Of a stretch of DNA of 50,083 nt, positions 48,909 through 50,083 are shown piece after piece. The notes under the pieces were generated by a model. It was not told the DNA's origin. It made no database searches and was given only the letters and a program-made list of their open reading frames with translations. The position numbers were made by a program, and so were the translations under genes. This DNA comes from Nitrospirota bacterium (GTDB lineage: Bacteria > Nitrospirota > Thermodesulfovibrionia > Thermodesulfovibrionales > JdFR-85): positions 1-50,083 of the forward strand of contig JAADIE010000109.1 of the NCBI GenBank assembly GCA_013151495.1. The letters are read 5' to 3'. Every line of letters starts with the position of its first letter. Positions within the stretch are counted from its first letter, which is position 1.

Positions 48909-49310
48909 ATGGATCTTTATCTTAAAACCACTAAAGGCTTTACCACCAAGAAGGAAACAAAAGGCGAGAGCTCTCAAAAACTGCAAGAAGGCTCGGGCCC
49001 CATAGTCTGCCGTTTTTGTGGTCATGAAATTACAAAGGCCGAGCATATAATCTCTGTTGATGGTGCTCACCGCCATGTCTTTACAAATCCTGCAGGCATT
49101 ACATTCGAGATAGGTTGCTTTTCAAGGGCCGATGGATGCCTCCTGCAGGGTATCCCCACTTACGAACATACATGGTTTAAGGGTTATAAATGGAACTATG
49201 CCCACTGTATGGGATGCCTTGTGCATCTTGGCTGGTTTTACCAGGGTGCCGACAGTGGCTTCTTCGGTCTTATTCTGGACAGACTGATGGAGGCCTTTCA
49301 TACTCAGTAG
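48909..49310 (+). CDS. bacterial cereblon-like CULT / Yippee-fold domain protein
   Basis: 133 aa. It has the CxxC pairs CRFCGHEI and CMGCLVHLGW, with three Trp in between or after (HTWF, YKWN, LGWF). In between is ...GAHRHVFTNPAGITFEIGCF.... This is the layout of single-domain bacterial cereblon homologs as I recall them. Confidence 0.65.
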   Translation: MDLYLKTTKGFTTKKETKGESSQKLQEGSGPIVCRFCGHEITKAEHIISVDGAHRHVFTNPAGITFEIGCFSRADGCLLQGIPTYEHTWFKGYKWNYAHCMGCLVHLGWFYQGADSGFFGLILDRLMEAFHTQ

Positions 49311-50083
49311 TCAGATCTCAAAGCCTTCACCATAGGAAGGTAAATGAATCTTTCTGACAAGTCCATCCTCTAAAAGGGCCTTTTTTAATTCCCTCTTTGG
49401 TTTTTCCTCACCATGCACTATAAAAAGCTCATCAACTACTCCTGCTGACTTAACCCAGGCCTTAAGGGTTTCTTTATCAGCATGTGAGGAAAAACCACCT
49501 ATTGTATGGATGCTTGCCTTTACCCTGTAGGTCTCACCAAAGATCTTTACTATTTTTTCACCATCCACCAGTTTTCTGCCAAGCGTGCCCTCAGCCTGGT
49601 AGCCAACAAATACCACAGCAGATTCAGATCGCCATATGTTGTGTTTTAGGTGATGTTTAATCCTTCCACCTGTACACATGCCAGAGCCAGCAATCACAAT
49701 AGCGTGGGATTTGATAAAGTTTATTTTTTTCGATTCCTCAGGCTCTCTGGTAAACTCAAGCCCTGGAAAATAAAAGGGATCCTCACCCCTTTTTATTAAC
49801 TCTGCAGTCTCCTGGTCATAACATTCAGGGTGGCGCCTCATTATCTCGGTCACTGTAATTCCCATGGGGGTATCAAGAAACACCCTGCAGGCCGGAAGTT
49901 CCCCCTTTGAGTAAAGTAACCTGAATACATAAAGCAGGTCCTGGGCCCTTTCTATTGCAAAGGCAGGTATAAGCACATTTCCACCTCTACTGCATACTTC
50001 TTTAATAACCTCTGCAAGCTCCTTTACGGATTCATCAAAGCCCTTGTGATTTCTATTGCCATATGTGCTTTCTATAATCATTA
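49311..50083 (-). CDS. beta-CASP family MBL-fold ribonuclease (N-terminal MBL part lies beyond the right edge)
   Basis: The C-terminal 257 codons include ESTYGNRNH, a beta-CASP block (VLIPAFAIERAQDLL), GGFSSHAD, and FIVHGE. The frame remains open to the window end. Confidence 0.8.
   Translation of the reverse strand, partial: MIIESTYGNRNHKGFDESVKELAEVIKEVCSRGGNVLIPAFAIERAQDLLYVFRLLYSKGELPACRVFLDTPMGITVTEIMRRHPECYDQETAELIKRGEDPFYFPGLEFTREPEESKKINFIKSHAIVIAGSGMCTGGRIKHHLKHNIWRSESAVVFVGYQAEGTLGRKLVDGEKIVKIFGETYRVKASIHTIGGFSSHADKETLKAWVKSAGVVDELFIVHGEEKPKRELKKALLEDGLVRKIHLPSYGEGFEI

Overview
The window is mostly chromosomal housekeeping DNA from a Gram-negative, probably anaerobic bacterium. Supporting genes are LolA, a TonB-dependent receptor, PBP1A, and Wood-Ljungdahl-type C1 genes (metV-metF, folD, cooC). 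About 50 protein genes are supported: ligA, a dinG-like helicase, the rml dTDP-rhamnose operon, tsaD, two-subunit class I fumarase, tmk, mutS2, miaA, panB, a folate/C1 cluster, yacL-ispD-ispF, htrA, serC-serA-hisZ-purA, comF, PBP1A, and others. No CRISPR array, transposase, integrase or prophage was seen. Six things are worth a second look. (1) A PCYCGC-motif gene is cut by the ORF track at an in-frame TGA. Reading that TGA as selenocysteine gives a UxxC motif and 34 more coding-like codons. A stem-loop sits at the right place for a SECIS, and a tRNA-Sec (anticodon UCA) gene lies in the same window at 46182-46279. (2) Three copies of a 130-190 nt branched-hairpin intergenic element are present (13368-13498, 26640-26826, 34768-34944). 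Their junction sequences are conserved while their stems are replaced by different, still fully complementary sequences. This suggests an undescribed structured RNA family rather than a simple MITE. (3) A PilZ plus zinc-ribbon gene is split by two mutually compensating frameshifts at a G8 and a C6 homopolymer. (4) Two toxin-antitoxin-like modules are embedded inside the C1/folate operon: a VapC-then-RHH pair in reversed order and a fused nucleotidyltransferase-HEPN protein. (5) An (AAATCTN)x11 heptamer microsatellite lies at a convergent gene junction. (6) A Cys/Trp-rich 'CWE..C' module is shared by a chemoreceptor C-terminus and a MerR regulator. All calls come from reading the sequence and the ORF translations. 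No database search was run.
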